The position numbers and the translations under genes were made by a program. Below, piece after piece: positions 39,994-52,400 of a stretch of 64,000 bases of DNA (within the stretch, counting starts at the first letter, position 1; every line of letters begins with the position of its first letter). Where the stretch lies: NCBI GenBank assembly GCA_010909165.1, contig MU008187.1, forward strand, positions 624,247-688,246, in the 5' to 3' direction. This DNA comes from Anthoceros angustus. Lineage: Eukaryota > Plantae > Anthocerotophyta. The notes under the pieces are model-generated. The model worked only from the letters and a program-made list of their open reading frames with translations. It ran no database searches and was not told the DNA's origin.

Positions 39994-42207
39994 TCACGAC
40001 CACTGGATCTCGTCATAGCGTTTAGGCTTTGTGGCGAGCTTTGTTCTGCAGATGGGACAAGCCTTGCCCAACTTTTTCCTACGAAAGAGATTCAATGCAC
40101 ATTCGTGGCAGACTCTGGCATGACCGCAGTCCACCATGTAGGCCCTGGGATGCTCCTCGTCAAATTCCTCCAGGCATACAGCACATTCAACCGACATTTC
40201 AGGCAGCTCGGGTGCTTCCTTCTTGGTCACCGCTCGAGCTCCTTCAGCCTGCTTCTTGAGAGTCTCCTCCTCCTCGAGCCACTTCTTCAGCACTTCCTCC
40301 TTCTCAGATCCGAACTCCTTCATGAGCTCCACTTCAGCCAGCTTATGCTGATCGACCAGCTGCATCTCCTCTTGACGGGCCTTTGCAAGCAACTCATCTT
40401 CCGCTCGACGAAGATTTGCCGCGAAATCCTGGGATTTGGCCCACATCTCCAGTTCCTTCTCGAACCGATTCTTCTGCGAGTCTTCCTCCAGCGCTTTCAC
40501 TTCCCCCTGCAGAGCGCTCACTTCAGTCTCCAAAACCTTGATCTCCTCGAGTCTCTTGATCTGCGCTTGCTGCAGCTGTGCCTCGTTCTCCAGCATTCTC
40601 TGCCTCATCTCATGCTCACGCTCCGCGCTCCTTGCTTTGAACAGGTTAAGCTGAGCGGTGAACTCGTCATCCAGCTCTGCCAGCTTCTTTGCAAACGCAG
40701 CTTCCAGTACTTCCCGTCTGTTCTTGAGGTGTTGCAGCTCTGCCTCCTCCCTTACCAGGAGATCAGCAACACGCATCTTCTCACATTGGTACTGCTTATG
40801 GCTCTCTGTTAAATTGGCAACAGCAAAACTTTCCTCCCGAATCTTGGCCCTATCTTGCTCTTGCGCCTGTTTCCTCCTTTTGGCATACACATTCACCTTC
40901 TCCTCCTTACTCTCCACTGACCAGCTCAGCAGGTGCCTCTGCGGGTCAATTTCCTCCATGTCCGCCGTCTTAGCGAAGTAGCCGAACACCTGATCAGCCA
41001 CCGGAAAGTCCTCCTCTATCCTCCTCCTCCTCTTCCGCGAGCGGGCCGACGATTCCGGACTCCCCGGATGCTTCCATCGCAGCCATTCTTCCCGTCCCTG
41101 CTTATGTGATGCAAGCTTGTCCGTCAAGTGCTTGGCATGAACATATCCAGCCTCCGAAGCAGGAAAGACCATGAGATGTCTGCAGACGCCAGGGACATGA
41201 ACTTGAAGAATGTTGTCATACTTCAGGTCCTGGAGATGATGCTGAAGCCGTTGCTCGATGTGAGGTGGCAGATCGGACTCCTGTCGGGTGTCGGCAATGA
41301 TAACCGTGGGAGGCCAGACGATGGAATCGTCAGGTTTCTCCGGATGCAACGTCCGTCCTCCTTCAATCTTGCCAGCCTGGCGTTCATGCACTCGAAGGGC
41401 CTCTAGAAGCGCTCTGTGGTATCCCCGATGCTGATGCTGCCTCTTCTTCTTGAACTTGTCGGCGTGGTTGATTAGAGCAGTCCATCCCTTGAAGCGCTGC
41501 GTTGTCGGACAGATGTGGCACACAGTTTGCTCCCGGTCTCCAATCACCCGAGGCTTCTCATCCCCGCACACTTCCCGGACGAATTTCTGGAGCCTCGGCA
41601 GCCACTGCTGGTACGCCCTCTCCTGAATTAAGCGCACTTTCTCGTCGTCTTCACTGTCGTACTCCTCCTCTTCCTCCTCCTCCTCCTCCTCCTCCTCCTC
41701 CTCTTCCTCCTCCTCCTCTTCCTCTACTTCCTCTCCCTCCTTCTCGACCTCGTGGATGCCATCGCGGCGACTGTCCTCCATTGGCACATCCGCTGGAGCC
41801 GGAGCCGGAGCCGGAGCCGCCATATCTGACTCTCGCTCAGCAATCGCCTTGTGCATTTCAGGTGCTGCATCAATTGGCCGGGGATCAGCCGACTTTGAAC
41901 GAGAGGAAGGGGAAATGCCATCCCGAGGCTGCAGATCCCTGTCTCGTTGCCCTTTCCGGTCCTGGTCCCGATCCCTGCTGGACTCATCTCTCACCCGGTA
42001 ATCCTTCTCACTGCCGTCATTGTGCTGCTTCTTGTGGTGATGCTGGTCCTTATGATGGTCTACCCGGTGGAGTTTGGAGGAGCTGTAGGGCTGGCAGCTG
42101 GCCCTGGGTGAGTGTGAAGGTCTGCGGGAACCACTAGAACTAGGCTTTCGCTCACTGCGCTTATCCTCCCCTTTGTTGCGCTTACCCCTGTCTGCAGAGA
42201 TTTCCAT
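39994..42207 (-). CDS. SGS3-like protein (zf-XS, XS, coiled coil) with a C-terminal RING-HC finger; uninterrupted 737-aa ORF
   Basis: zf-XS-like CHIC...WTALINHA...RQHQHR. XS domain IVWPPTVIIADT...FPASEAGYVHAKHL...REEW...QVFGYFAKTADM. About 200-aa coiled coil. RING CAVC-x15-CGH-x3-CHEC-x13-CPIC. Confidence 0.88.
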   Translation of the reverse strand: MEISADRGKRNKGEDKRSERKPSSSGSRRPSHSPRASCQPYSSSKLHRVDHHKDQHHHKKQHNDGSEKDYRVRDESSRDRDQDRKGQRDRDLQPRDGISPSSRSKSADPRPIDAAPEMHKAIAERESDMAAPAPAPAPADVPMEDSRRDGIHEVEKEGEEVEEEEEEEEEEEEEEEEEEEEEYDSEDDEKVRLIQERAYQQWLPRLQKFVREVCGDEKPRVIGDREQTVCHICPTTQRFKGWTALINHADKFKKKRQHQHRGYHRALLEALRVHERQAGKIEGGRTLHPEKPDDSIVWPPTVIIADTRQESDLPPHIEQRLQHHLQDLKYDNILQVHVPGVCRHLMVFPASEAGYVHAKHLTDKLASHKQGREEWLRWKHPGSPESSARSRKRRRRIEEDFPVADQVFGYFAKTADMEEIDPQRHLLSWSVESKEEKVNVYAKRRKQAQEQDRAKIREESFAVANLTESHKQYQCEKMRVADLLVREEAELQHLKNRREVLEAAFAKKLAELDDEFTAQLNLFKARSAEREHEMRQRMLENEAQLQQAQIKRLEEIKVLETEVSALQGEVKALEEDSQKNRFEKELEMWAKSQDFAANLRRAEDELLAKARQEEMQLVDQHKLAEVELMKEFGSEKEEVLKKWLEEEETLKKQAEGARAVTKKEAPELPEMSVECAVCLEEFDEEHPRAYMVDCGHARVCHECALNLFRRKKLGKACPICRTKLATKPKRYDEIQWS
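41662..41724 (-). repeat. (GAG/GAA)21 coding microsatellite giving poly-Glu21
   Basis: 63 nt of ctc/ttc triplets on the plus strand. Confidence 0.95.
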
Positions 42208-43420
42208 CCTGAGAGGCTGTGTTCCATCCAGATTATCGGCCAGCTCGAAGACAGGCAGGGGAGTAACGCCCCACTTCCTTTCAAGTGGAGGAAGGCAAGG
42301 GGGTCTGGGGTCCTGACAGCCGAAGGCAGAAGCGTGTATGGTACATACATATATGCATACATGAAATCGGAAATCGGATTCCCAAATCTCGCTTCACAGG
42401 TGTCTACATGAAGACATGCATCGATGGAACAACGTGGCGGGCGGGTGGTGAGTTGTTTGAACAAGAAGTTAGAAGGAGCCCTAATGTCCGTTCCCGCTTC
42501 TCCGTTGCCCTTGGCAGCAACCCCGGGAAGTGGTGGCAGGCTCAGGCGGTGGCAGCAGTCCTGACACTTGATGCCTTCGAAGTAATCAAGGGGAGAGGTA
42601 CATTTGCCCCCGGAAGGATGGTGATGATAGTGTAATGTGGTCCGAGAGCCAGCATGAGCAATTACTCCCTCCGACACTCGGGTGCCCATGGCATCTCCCA
42701 GTGCCGTGGAGAGAGGGATCCAAGGCGCGTGCGCGGGATCCCACCGAGCGGGCTGCCTCTGCCTCTGCAGTCTGCCTCATCAGAGCCTGGAGCCCTGGAG
42801 TCGTGGAGCCTAAGCCCTGCACCCCTTGCTGCAGCATCCTGAATCAGGGGGTGAGGTCAGCATTGCATTGAAGCACAGAACGTGTGGCAGGTACCCGCTT
42901 CATGATTTTCGTGGTACCCGCTGAATACATACGTATGTATTTGGCGGTGTGTTGTCTTGTGTCACCACCTACGCTACCTACCCCACACCCTCTCATTATG
43001 GCCTAAATCATAATTTTGAAGCGAGGCAGCGAGCAGCTATGGCTGTCCTTGCGTCTTGTGGCTCCACCGATTGATTGTGTGTGATAGAGAGAGAGAGGAG
43101 GAAGCGGCAGGCGGCAGAGACCCGCCTGTCCACGGTCAGTCCTAGTCGTAAAGCGGTCAAACTGACCTCCCCACGGGGCCACGACCCACCTCGACCGGAA
43201 ACATTCCCGTACCCAAACCCACCCGCTGCCGCCGCGTACCCGCGTACCAGATGCATGCCAAAGTCCAAAAATCTGCAAAATCTCGTCCCAGCCCATGCAA
43301 ACAGTACATAGACACAGATTGCAGCTGCACAGCTCACAGCACAGCACAACAGCAAAGTAAAGAACCGCGCAGCAAAGCGCAGACAGTCGTTTTCGGTGTC
43401 GGATCTTGGCGAGATGAAAA

Positions 43421-43495
43421 GGGCAGGGGAGGCCAGGGCAGGGCAGGGCTGAGCTGGGCTGGGCTGGGCTGGGCACTGGGCAGGCCAGGGCAGCA
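43421..43495 (+). repeat. (GGGCA/GGGCT)n pentamer G-rich tract
   Basis: cagggcagggcagggctgagctgggctgggctgggctgggc. Confidence 0.85.
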
Positions 43496-43859
43496 AAGCC
43501 AGCAATGCCGTCCTCTGCTCTCCATTACCCTTCCTTTCCTTCCCTCCTTCCTGCTGATGCTCAAAGAATTTCCTTAATAAAAGTACATAAGATCGCTTCT
43601 GACGCTCCCCTCGCAGCAGTTTCTATCACAAACACGCCTCCTGGTTCAATCCAGAAAGTCATCACCTGCCCGGCCTTAGGTCTATGATACACCAAAATTG
43701 GATTGTCCCTAAAGGAGCTCAAAAGCATCCATCTACTACACAACGTTTGGAAGGATTACTACCAACTGGCATCGCTTCCAAGCGTTACTACCAGCAAGTC
43801 TACAAGGCCTGCCCTGTGCGCTACCCCCTCCCTTCCCACCACACCTTTGGATGGCTTCA

Positions 43860-46411
43860 TCATAGCATCGACTCATCCTCTAAGATCTGCTTATCGTAAA
43901 TAGCCATGGCTTGCTCGTGTCCTTGCAACTCATAAGGTGCCCCCGAAGCCCCACCTGACCCAACCACTCCTTGCTCAGCCTCCTCCATCGTCACCTCTGA
44001 CTGCCCCTGCCCACCTATTGCCCCTGATGAATTCGGGTCTGCATCAGTTTCCCCCTGATAGTCCTGGCTCCCATCTCCGTCAGGATCTGTGCCATGGTCA
44101 TTGTCATTCTCATGCTCTTCATGCTCATTCTCATGCTCGTTGTCGTGCTCCTCATTGTCATGCTCCTCCTCATTCTCCTGCTCATGATAATTCTCCTGCT
44201 CCTGATCGTTCTCCTGTTCATTGTCATTGTCCTGCTCATGCTCCTGCCCTTGCTCGTGCTCATGCTCATTCTCATTCTCACCTCTCGCTTCTTCTCCAGC
44301 AGCACTACCAGTTGCGGTGGTTCCTCCATTATCAGCCTGATTCCTGATCCTTTCTCGATAATCCCTCATTTCCACTCTATACCTCTCCTTGTCCTTCACT
44401 CCACGTTCTTGCCAAGGCTACAATCACTCATCAAACCAACACAACATTGAGGATGCGAACAAGGTAAACACCAACATGCACAGGAAGACGAAACCACCTA
44501 AACTCACCCATTTTTCGTCCTCTGTCATCTTGTTCCACAGATCTCCAATCATCCTACTTATCTCCCTATCTTTCGTGGGATGCTCCAATTTTAGTTCCGC
44601 CCTTTTCTCGGCAAAGAAGAAGTTATACCCTGTTCTGTTGGGCCTTGGAGCATCTGGATCCTTCTTTGGCATCTCATCTTTTCTTCTCCTCTTCCGCCGA
44701 GTTCGTACCTCAGAGCCTTGTCCGTTGGCATCAGCAGTGATGCTGCTCATCAGATGGGGCACTGTCGCAAATTGCACTCCCTTACTATTGCTTGGCACAT
44801 GATACAGAACACCACTTAACTTCTCGTCCCCCAAATGTACAGTCACCAGGTAGCCATGCTCAAACTTTCCAGTAATGGCCCCCGTCACAACACTGCCAAC
44901 AGAAGCAGCTGGATCAACTGCAAGGCCACGGCCAATTGCATGTCAGACTAGCCAAATTCTTGGTACTCACATTTCCCCAAAGCATCTGAACTTGGAGGCA
45001 TACCTGAAGGTTCTTGGGGTGCAAGAGACTTCCGCTTCCTAGTTTTCTTAACAGGGGGCTCCAGACCGTCGGAGCCATGATCAGCAGACCCAGGAGTTTC
45101 CATGTCAACTGAGACAAAACACAACCCCCACAATTAGAACCATGAAGCCTGGCATAATTGACCTACCTTAGAGCATTGAGCGGGTTCTTACCGGACGCAC
45201 CCACAGGACCTGTCTTTCCAAGAAAATGTATTTCTTCGTATCGGAGAAGAAGGTTGTTGTATGTCTTCCGAAGCACATAGGAAGCACTTGTTGTCGAACG
45301 AGGAAGACCGAAGGTGATTGTGACCACTTTCCATTTCCTCTCCTTGGTAACCTACACAATAAGCAGCTTATCCCAGATTCAGCTTATAACCAGAACACTA
45401 AGACAATAGCACGGCTTTGCACCTTTTTCATGAAAACAGGACAGAACTTGGCTGCATCTCTACAACGGCCGTATCTTCCCATGTGCCTAAACACCAGCCC
45501 TAGAGGTGGCTCCAAAAAAACCCCACCTTGGCCAAGCCTCCTCGGGCCGTCACTTCCACGTACAGCTTGTGCAAGTCCAAATCCTTGCCACCGATCTTTG
45601 GCACCCTGCGGCAGGCGAGGTCATAGAGTTGATGAGCCTAAAGCAAGCTTATATGGGTGGCTTTTCGTCCACCTAAGTACGCCCCCCCCGGGCGGAGAAA
45701 AAAAGATGCGAACCTGAAATCAAGCAAACAGCCTCGAGATGCTACTCCAAAGGGTAGAAGAATCCTTTGAAGGAGAATCAAAAGTGACGGCACATGACCT
45801 AGAAAAGATACTCGAGGAGGTTGGTCTGCTATCGCGCGCTTGAGAATCGGGGCAAGACCCGAAATTGAGGACGCCAGTGCAGGCACCCATGGTTCAAGAA
45901 ATCAGACTGCTGGCATAAGAGCGGGGGTAAGGGAGGGAAGAGGGTGAGGAGAAGCGAGGGCGGGAGAGTGCACAGACTAGGGTTCATTGAGCTTGGTACA
46001 TGATCGCAGAAGCTGCACAAATTGCGCAGCTGGAGGCCCAAATTGCAAGCAAGAGATTGAGACAGGAGATGCAAGAAAGCATGTTGAGCAAGAGCAAAGG
46101 GATGCAAAGAGAACTCACGAGAATTTGGTCCGGTAGGCCGCGTGACATTTTTTGAGAGTTTCCCAGAAGAGCTCCGACTCGTTCACGATGTCCTCATGCT
46201 TGGCGAGGGGCGCGATGTAGTGTATGCCATACTGCGTGGGCGTGATGAGGGGAGCAGGAGGTGGCGTGGGAGTGGGAGTGGGAGTGACAGTGGGAGTGAG
46301 AGCTGCCTGCGGAGGGGGGGTGACGGCGGTTCCATTTTGCAAGGGGGTATGGACAGCTGCAGCTGGAGACGAGCAAGCAGGCGTTGTAGACATGACCAGT
46401 TGGGCCGACAT
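43860..46411 (-). CDS. ARID + HMG-box protein (HMGB9/10/15-like), multi-exon
   Basis: ARID VPKIGGKDLDLHKLYVEVTARGG...ERKWK...SASYVLRKTY. GAITGKFEHGYLVTV block. HMG box KKDPDAPRPNRTGYNFFFAEKR...IGDLWNKMTEDEK. Acidic His-rich tail. Confidence 0.93.
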
Positions 46412-48049
46412 TGGAAAATGCCGACCAAGGGCGGGAAAATTTTCCAAATTGGCAGTGAGGCAACACGGGAGATCAGAACACAAGAGTCTTGAAGGAGGGA
46501 GGGTGGGAAGAAGGGAAGTGATGCAACCGGATACAGCAGCGCTAAATCTGGTCAGCCCGCCTACAAGAATAGCAAGAAAGAAGCATAGCGAGGGGGAAGA
46601 GGAAGTGAGAAAAAAAGTGCGGAATCAGGAGGACATGGCAGGGGCATTTGCGGGTACCAGCACAGCGACCAGCCTTTGCAAGATTAATACTCAATTAAGG
46701 CAGCCCGGAGACTGAACCGGCCGTGGACAGCCTGCCACCCCCGGCAGCGCCGCCCTAACACGGAATTAGGAGGACATTAAGCACAAAGCCAATGTGCTAC
46801 GGATTAGCAAATGCGAGACGTGGTGATGGTGGAGGGATGGAGCAGCGGAAGCAGCAGGACGAGGAGGCAGAACCAACACGGCAGCAAGGCAGCGGGCAGT
46901 GCAGCGGCAGCAATTTGTAGAGGACGCAGTTGCAGCAGGCTCAGCACAGGACGGACCGGGGGAGACCAGGCCCATGGAGCTACCGCGGCCGCAACCAAGC
47001 ACTCACAGCAGCTCAGCAGGCGAGCAATCAAGAGCAACTCACGCGAGATGGCGCCATTGAGCGATCGGAAGAAAGATCGAGCCACGCAGCCTAGAGAGAA
47101 GACCACTGCAACCCGACCCGGTGTCGTCCCGTCGCGGGCTGCCCGTCCCGTCCCTTCCGCCACGGTGTTGCACCTCCGGTTGATGGGTTGATGAGAGAGA
47201 GAACAGCGAGCGTGCCAGTTACCGCCATGTCTTAAAAGAGAGATCAGGTTGGATGAGCGCGGATCGTGACGAGGGACGGACAGACGTGGACAGACGTACC
47301 CCGCCGAGCGCATACTCGGTTTTTTTAAAACAATAATACGTCGTCAACACTCGCCACCTAGGTACATACATACAATTAAAAGGGACAACCTGAACACTAC
47401 CTGCTTTATTACACCTGTGTAAGGAGGATCGCGAAGGAGGCGGAAAGGGAAGACCCTAAGAGGAGCCGTAGATGGCGAAGAATGAAAGGCGAAGGTGAAA
47501 TGCCAAAAGCGGAGGGTGAAGAAAGTAAGGTCGGAGCACGAGTTCGATGGCCAAGAAAGGTATGAGGTTTAGGCCAACGGTGAAGGAAGGGAGCGTTGGT
47601 AGGGATGAACGGTGAAGGAAGTGCACAGGCGATGAACGGAGTAGGGAGCGATCAGCCTTTGGAGAAGAGGGACAAGAGTTTTAAGGAAACAAAGAAGACG
47701 ACAAGGCTTTTAAGAAAAAGGCTTTATAAAGCTTTTTTCTTTCCTGGCTTCTTGGTATTCTGACACTCAATCGCTGGAATTACTCTGAATAGAGCTCTGG
47801 TTTCGGACGGTACATCGAACTCGCGGATAGCATTTGCTATCTCTGTACCGGTTACTGCTTATACTCCACGCTTTCCTCTACATACTTTTTTATTCCCTCC
47901 CCTCATTCTTCTCTTCCCCAAATCGGGGTTTTTCTCCACTCTCACTGCTTCAATCATCACATCTTTCTTAATTACCACTATTCTTCACTAGCTCATGCTG
48001 CTCCTGTAAGGGCCTCGGGGTTTTTTCGCCCTTTTTTTCCTTTTTTTTG

Positions 48050-48745
48050 CCTTCTTTAAATAGTCTTTTTCCCGTTTTTTGTCAGCCTTTCATTTCTCGT
48101 TTTCACATATGTGTGCTTCCGTCGTGCTCTTTCCCACAAGGTTTTTCAATTTTTTAGCCTTTCTTTTAGCCCTCTCTTTCTTCGCTTTTTTCTTCCTTTT
48201 TTATCGGGCTTTTGTCACTCGAAAAAGTACCATTGTGTTTATCTCGTCGCGCACTTTTCGATAAGGTATTTCGCGATTTTTAGCCTTCCTTAGCTCTCCC
48301 TCTTTGCCCTCTTTGATGGCTTTTTCTTCCATATGTCGTTTTTGGCTCTCGCTTAAGTTACACATGTGCTTATCTCGTCGCTCCTTCCAATGAGATATTT
48401 CATGCTTTTTAGCTTTTCTTCCTTTACCCCTTTGATGGCTTTTCTTTATTTTTATTACCCCTTTGATGGCTTTGTTATCCATCTCTGAGACGTTTTCTGA
48501 TTGTCGTTAAAGTACCATGATGTTCATCTCGCTAAATTACTCGTGTGCTTATCTCAGTCACGTTCTTTCCGATGAGGCTTTTCGCGGTTTGTAGTCTTCC
48601 CCCTTTACCCCCTTTGATGGCCTTTTTGTCCATCTCTAGGACATTTTTTAACTCTCGCTTAAGTTACACATGTGCTTATCTCGTCGCGCTCCTTCCAATG
48701 AGATATTTCATGCTTTTTAGCTTTTTCTTTATTTTTTATTACCCC
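48050..48745 (+). repeat. Pyrimidine-rich nested sub-repeat region (about 305-bp period), TE non-coding type
   Basis: gttacacatgtgcttatctcgtcg...ccttccaatgagatatttcatgctttttagc at about 48357 and 48663; recurrent cccctttgatggc. Confidence 0.8.
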
Positions 48746-48789
48746 TTTTCCCTTGTGGTAGATGTAGTGAATCTTACCATCAATCCTAG

Positions 48790-48996
48790 CCATGAGCCTC
48801 AGTCTTATCAATAAGCTATTTCGGGTCCTGATTATACACATTGGCAAGCAGCTATCAAGTCAGAATACGAGTCACTTATGCACAACCACATCTAGGAACT
48901 CTGCCCTCCCCCTTAGCGGGGAAGATTGTCACATTTAAATAGGTATTTAAGCTGAAGTATAAGGCAGATGGCAGTATTTTTCGATACAAGGCTTGC
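48790..48996 (+). mobile_element. Copia reverse transcriptase, N-terminal fragment
   Basis: EPQSYQ*A...WQAAIKSEYESL, then GKIVTFK*VFKLKYKADGSIFRYKA. Confidence 0.85.
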
Positions 48997-49410
48997 ACAG
49001 GAAATGCCTTTCCCGCTGCAATCTTCGCATTTCCTACAGTTGACGGAAGCACACCCCGCAAATCATCCTGCATCCGACTAAAATCTTCGTTCACCAGGAA
49101 CTAGAACCCTTGCTGAAGCTGCCAATTTTGCTTGCCCCGAAAGGGTTCATAAAAGGTCCGGTTTAAAATTAGTAAATTACTTAATTTTATATCCAAGGAT
49201 TTATATTTATTATGGACATATGAACCCATCTTATAATTGGTATGGTTATAAAGACACTTACCATGAATCTATGGGCTATGTCTTTATTTATCTAATAGCA
49301 TCCACGGCCGATTAATACAGCCTTTATTCTATGAGATTTTATTAGCTTATTTTGATACAAGGAGTGGCGAGAATAGCCAAACAAGCCAACCGAGTCAAAA
49401 GAAACAAAAG

Positions 49411-52400
49411 GTGCAAAAGACAAGAGTCTTCAAGGAAGAATGGAAGGTTGCATTTCATTGGGTGAAGGTGCGCTCAATCCATGGAGAGAATCGAATGTTT
49501 TGTGTTGTTTGTGAAAAACATGGTCATGGTGTAGTGGGACGAGCAAAGGCTGCGACTCAGGCTTGGGTAAAAGTTGGCAGTCAGAACTTTCAGAAGAGTG
49601 CATTGGAAGATCGTGCATATCATTCAGCGTCACTGAAGATGGAGCAAGCCCAAGCCAAGGCTCAACAACCAACCATGCAACGAACTTTGGAAATACATTT
49701 TTCCAAAAAGGATAAGGAGATTCTCAATTTGTTGAAGTTCGCTTATTTCATTGCTAAGAAGGATTTGAGTTTCCATATGTACGAGGACCTTTGTGAGTTC
49801 ATGGGGGATATTGGAGTGGAAGGCATTCCAAAGGTGAAGACATATGGTTCATATCTTACAAATAGTGCTTGCAAAGAGCATGTGGTTCTCATAGCCAATT
49901 TTTACGAACAACAGAAGGAGAGGTTGCGTGCAAGTCCATGGTATGGGATACTCATAGATGAGGGGACAGACAAGGCGATGGTGCAACACATAATTATTTA
50001 TGTGTATTATTTGCATAATGGGACGGTACGAACGGAGTTTTTGAAGCTAGCCAACATAACAAGTGCACGTGCGGAAGGGATCTTCAACGCCTTGGTTGAG
50101 CAATTGCAACTCTTTGATCTGGACATCAAAAAAATGAGTGGATTTGCAAGCGATGGAGCATCAGTCATGATTGGCAAGGGCGAAGGCCAAGGAGATCACA
50201 ATGTTGTGAAGTTTTTGCGGAATGTGAATCCGTATTTTGCTCAAACTCATTGTGTTGCTTCATCAGCTTGCATTGCGGACATCCAAGGTTCCGACTTTGA
50301 GGTGGCGGACAAGATTGTCAAGAAATTGCACGCTCTTCATCATTCAAGTAAGAAGACTACGGCTTTGCGTGAATTGCAAGTGCAATTAGAAATGCAAGTC
50401 TTAAGCGTATCGAGAATTCATGATGTCCGTTGGTTGTCTAGAGGTCAAGCCATGAGTAGAATAGTTTGTCTATTACCAACTTTACTTAAATTTGCTCAAG
50501 AGGATGAGAGCCTAAATTGGCCAAAAGCCAATAAGGGTCCAAGTAGTTCTTCTTCTTTGCAGGGGAAGACTGTCTTCCAAGCTTTACTAACTACTAAGGC
50601 CTTGTTTTCATTTCACTTTTTATCAGATATTTTAGAGGTCCTTAATTCCTTGAATACTAACTTTCAACGTGATTATCTGGAGCCAGTTAGCATAGCTCCC
50701 TCATAGATTTTGTTGAAGTTCGCTTATTTCATTGCTAAGAAGGATTTGAGTTTCCATATGTCGAGGACCTTTGTGAGTTCATGGGGATATTGGAGTGGAA
50801 GGCATTCCAAAAGGTGAAGACATATGGTTCATATCTTACAAATAGTGCTTGCAAGGAGCATGTGGTTCTCATAGCCAATTTTTACGAACAACGGAAGGAG
50901 AGGTTGCGTGCAAGTCCATGGTATGGGATACTCATAGATGAGGGACGGACAAGGCGATGGTGCAACACATAATTATTTATGTGTATTATTTGCATAATGG
51001 ACGGTACAACGGAGTTTTGAAGCTAGCCAACATAACAAGTGCACGTACGGAAGGGATCTTCAACGCCTTGGTTGAGCAATTGCAACTCTTTGATATGGAC
51101 ATCAAAAAAATGAGTGGATTTGCAAGCGATGGAGCATCAGTCAGATTGGCAAGGGCGAAGGCCAAGGAGATCACAATGTTGTGAAGTTTTTGCGGAATGT
51201 GAATCCGTATTTTGCTCAAACTCATTGTGTTGCTTACCGCACGAAGCTTGCAGCTGCAGAGGTAGCATCCAAGATTCCCGACTTTGAGGTGGCGAATAAG
51301 ATCGTCAAGAAATTGCACGCTGCTCTTCATCATTCAAGTAAGAAGACTACGGCTTTGCGTGAATTGCAAGTGCAATTAGAAATGCAAGTCTTAACTGTAT
51401 CAGGAATTCATGATGTCCGTTGGTTGTCTAGAGGTCAAGCCATGAATAGAATAGTTTGTCTATTACCAGCTTTACTTAAATTTGCTCAAGAGGATAAGAG
51501 CCTAAATTGGCCAAAAGCCAATAAGGGTCCAAGTAGTTCTTCTTCTTTGCAGGGAAGACTGTCTTCCAAGCTTTACTAACTACTAAGGCCTTGTTTTCAT
51601 TTCACTTTTATCGATATTTTAGAGGTCCTTAATTCCTTGAATACTAACTTTCAACGTGATTATCTGGAGCCAGTTAGCATAGCTCCCTCATAGATTTTGT
51701 TGAAGTTCGCTTATTTCATTGCTAAGAAGGATTTGAGTTTCCATATGTACGAGGACCTTTGTGAGTTCATGGGGATATTGGAGTGAAGGCATTCCAAAAG
51801 GTGAAGACATATGGTTCATATCTTACAAAATAGTGCTTGCAAAGAGCATGGGGTTCTCATAGCCAATTTTTACGAACAATGTAAGGAGAGGTTGCGCAAG
51901 TCCATGGTATAGGATACTCATAGATGAGGGATGATACATGATGGTGCAACACATAATTATTTATGTGTATTATTTGCATAATGGGACGGTACAACGGAGT
52001 TTTGAAGCTAAACATAACAAGTGCACGTCGGAAGGGATCTTCAACGCCTTGGTTGAGCAATTGCAACTCTTTGATATGGACATCAAAAAAATGAGTGGAT
52101 TTGCAAGCGATGGAGCATCATGATTGGCAAGGCGAAGGCCAAGGAGATCACAATGTTGTGAAGTTTTGCGGAATGTGAATGTGAATCCGTATTTTGCTCA
52201 AACTCATTGTGTTGTTTACTCACGGCTTGCAAACAGAGTAGCATCCAAGATTCCCGACTTTGAGGTGGCGAATAAGATCGTCAAGAAATTGCACGCTCTT
52301 CATCATTCAAGTAAGAAGACTACGACTGCGTGAATTGCAAGTGCAATTAGAAATGCAAGTCTTAATCAGATCGAATTCATGATGTCCGTTGGTTGTCTAG

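Noticed and set aside
47416-48010. Solo LTR starting TGTAAGG
   Set aside because: No matching second LTR, PBS or TSD could be identified.
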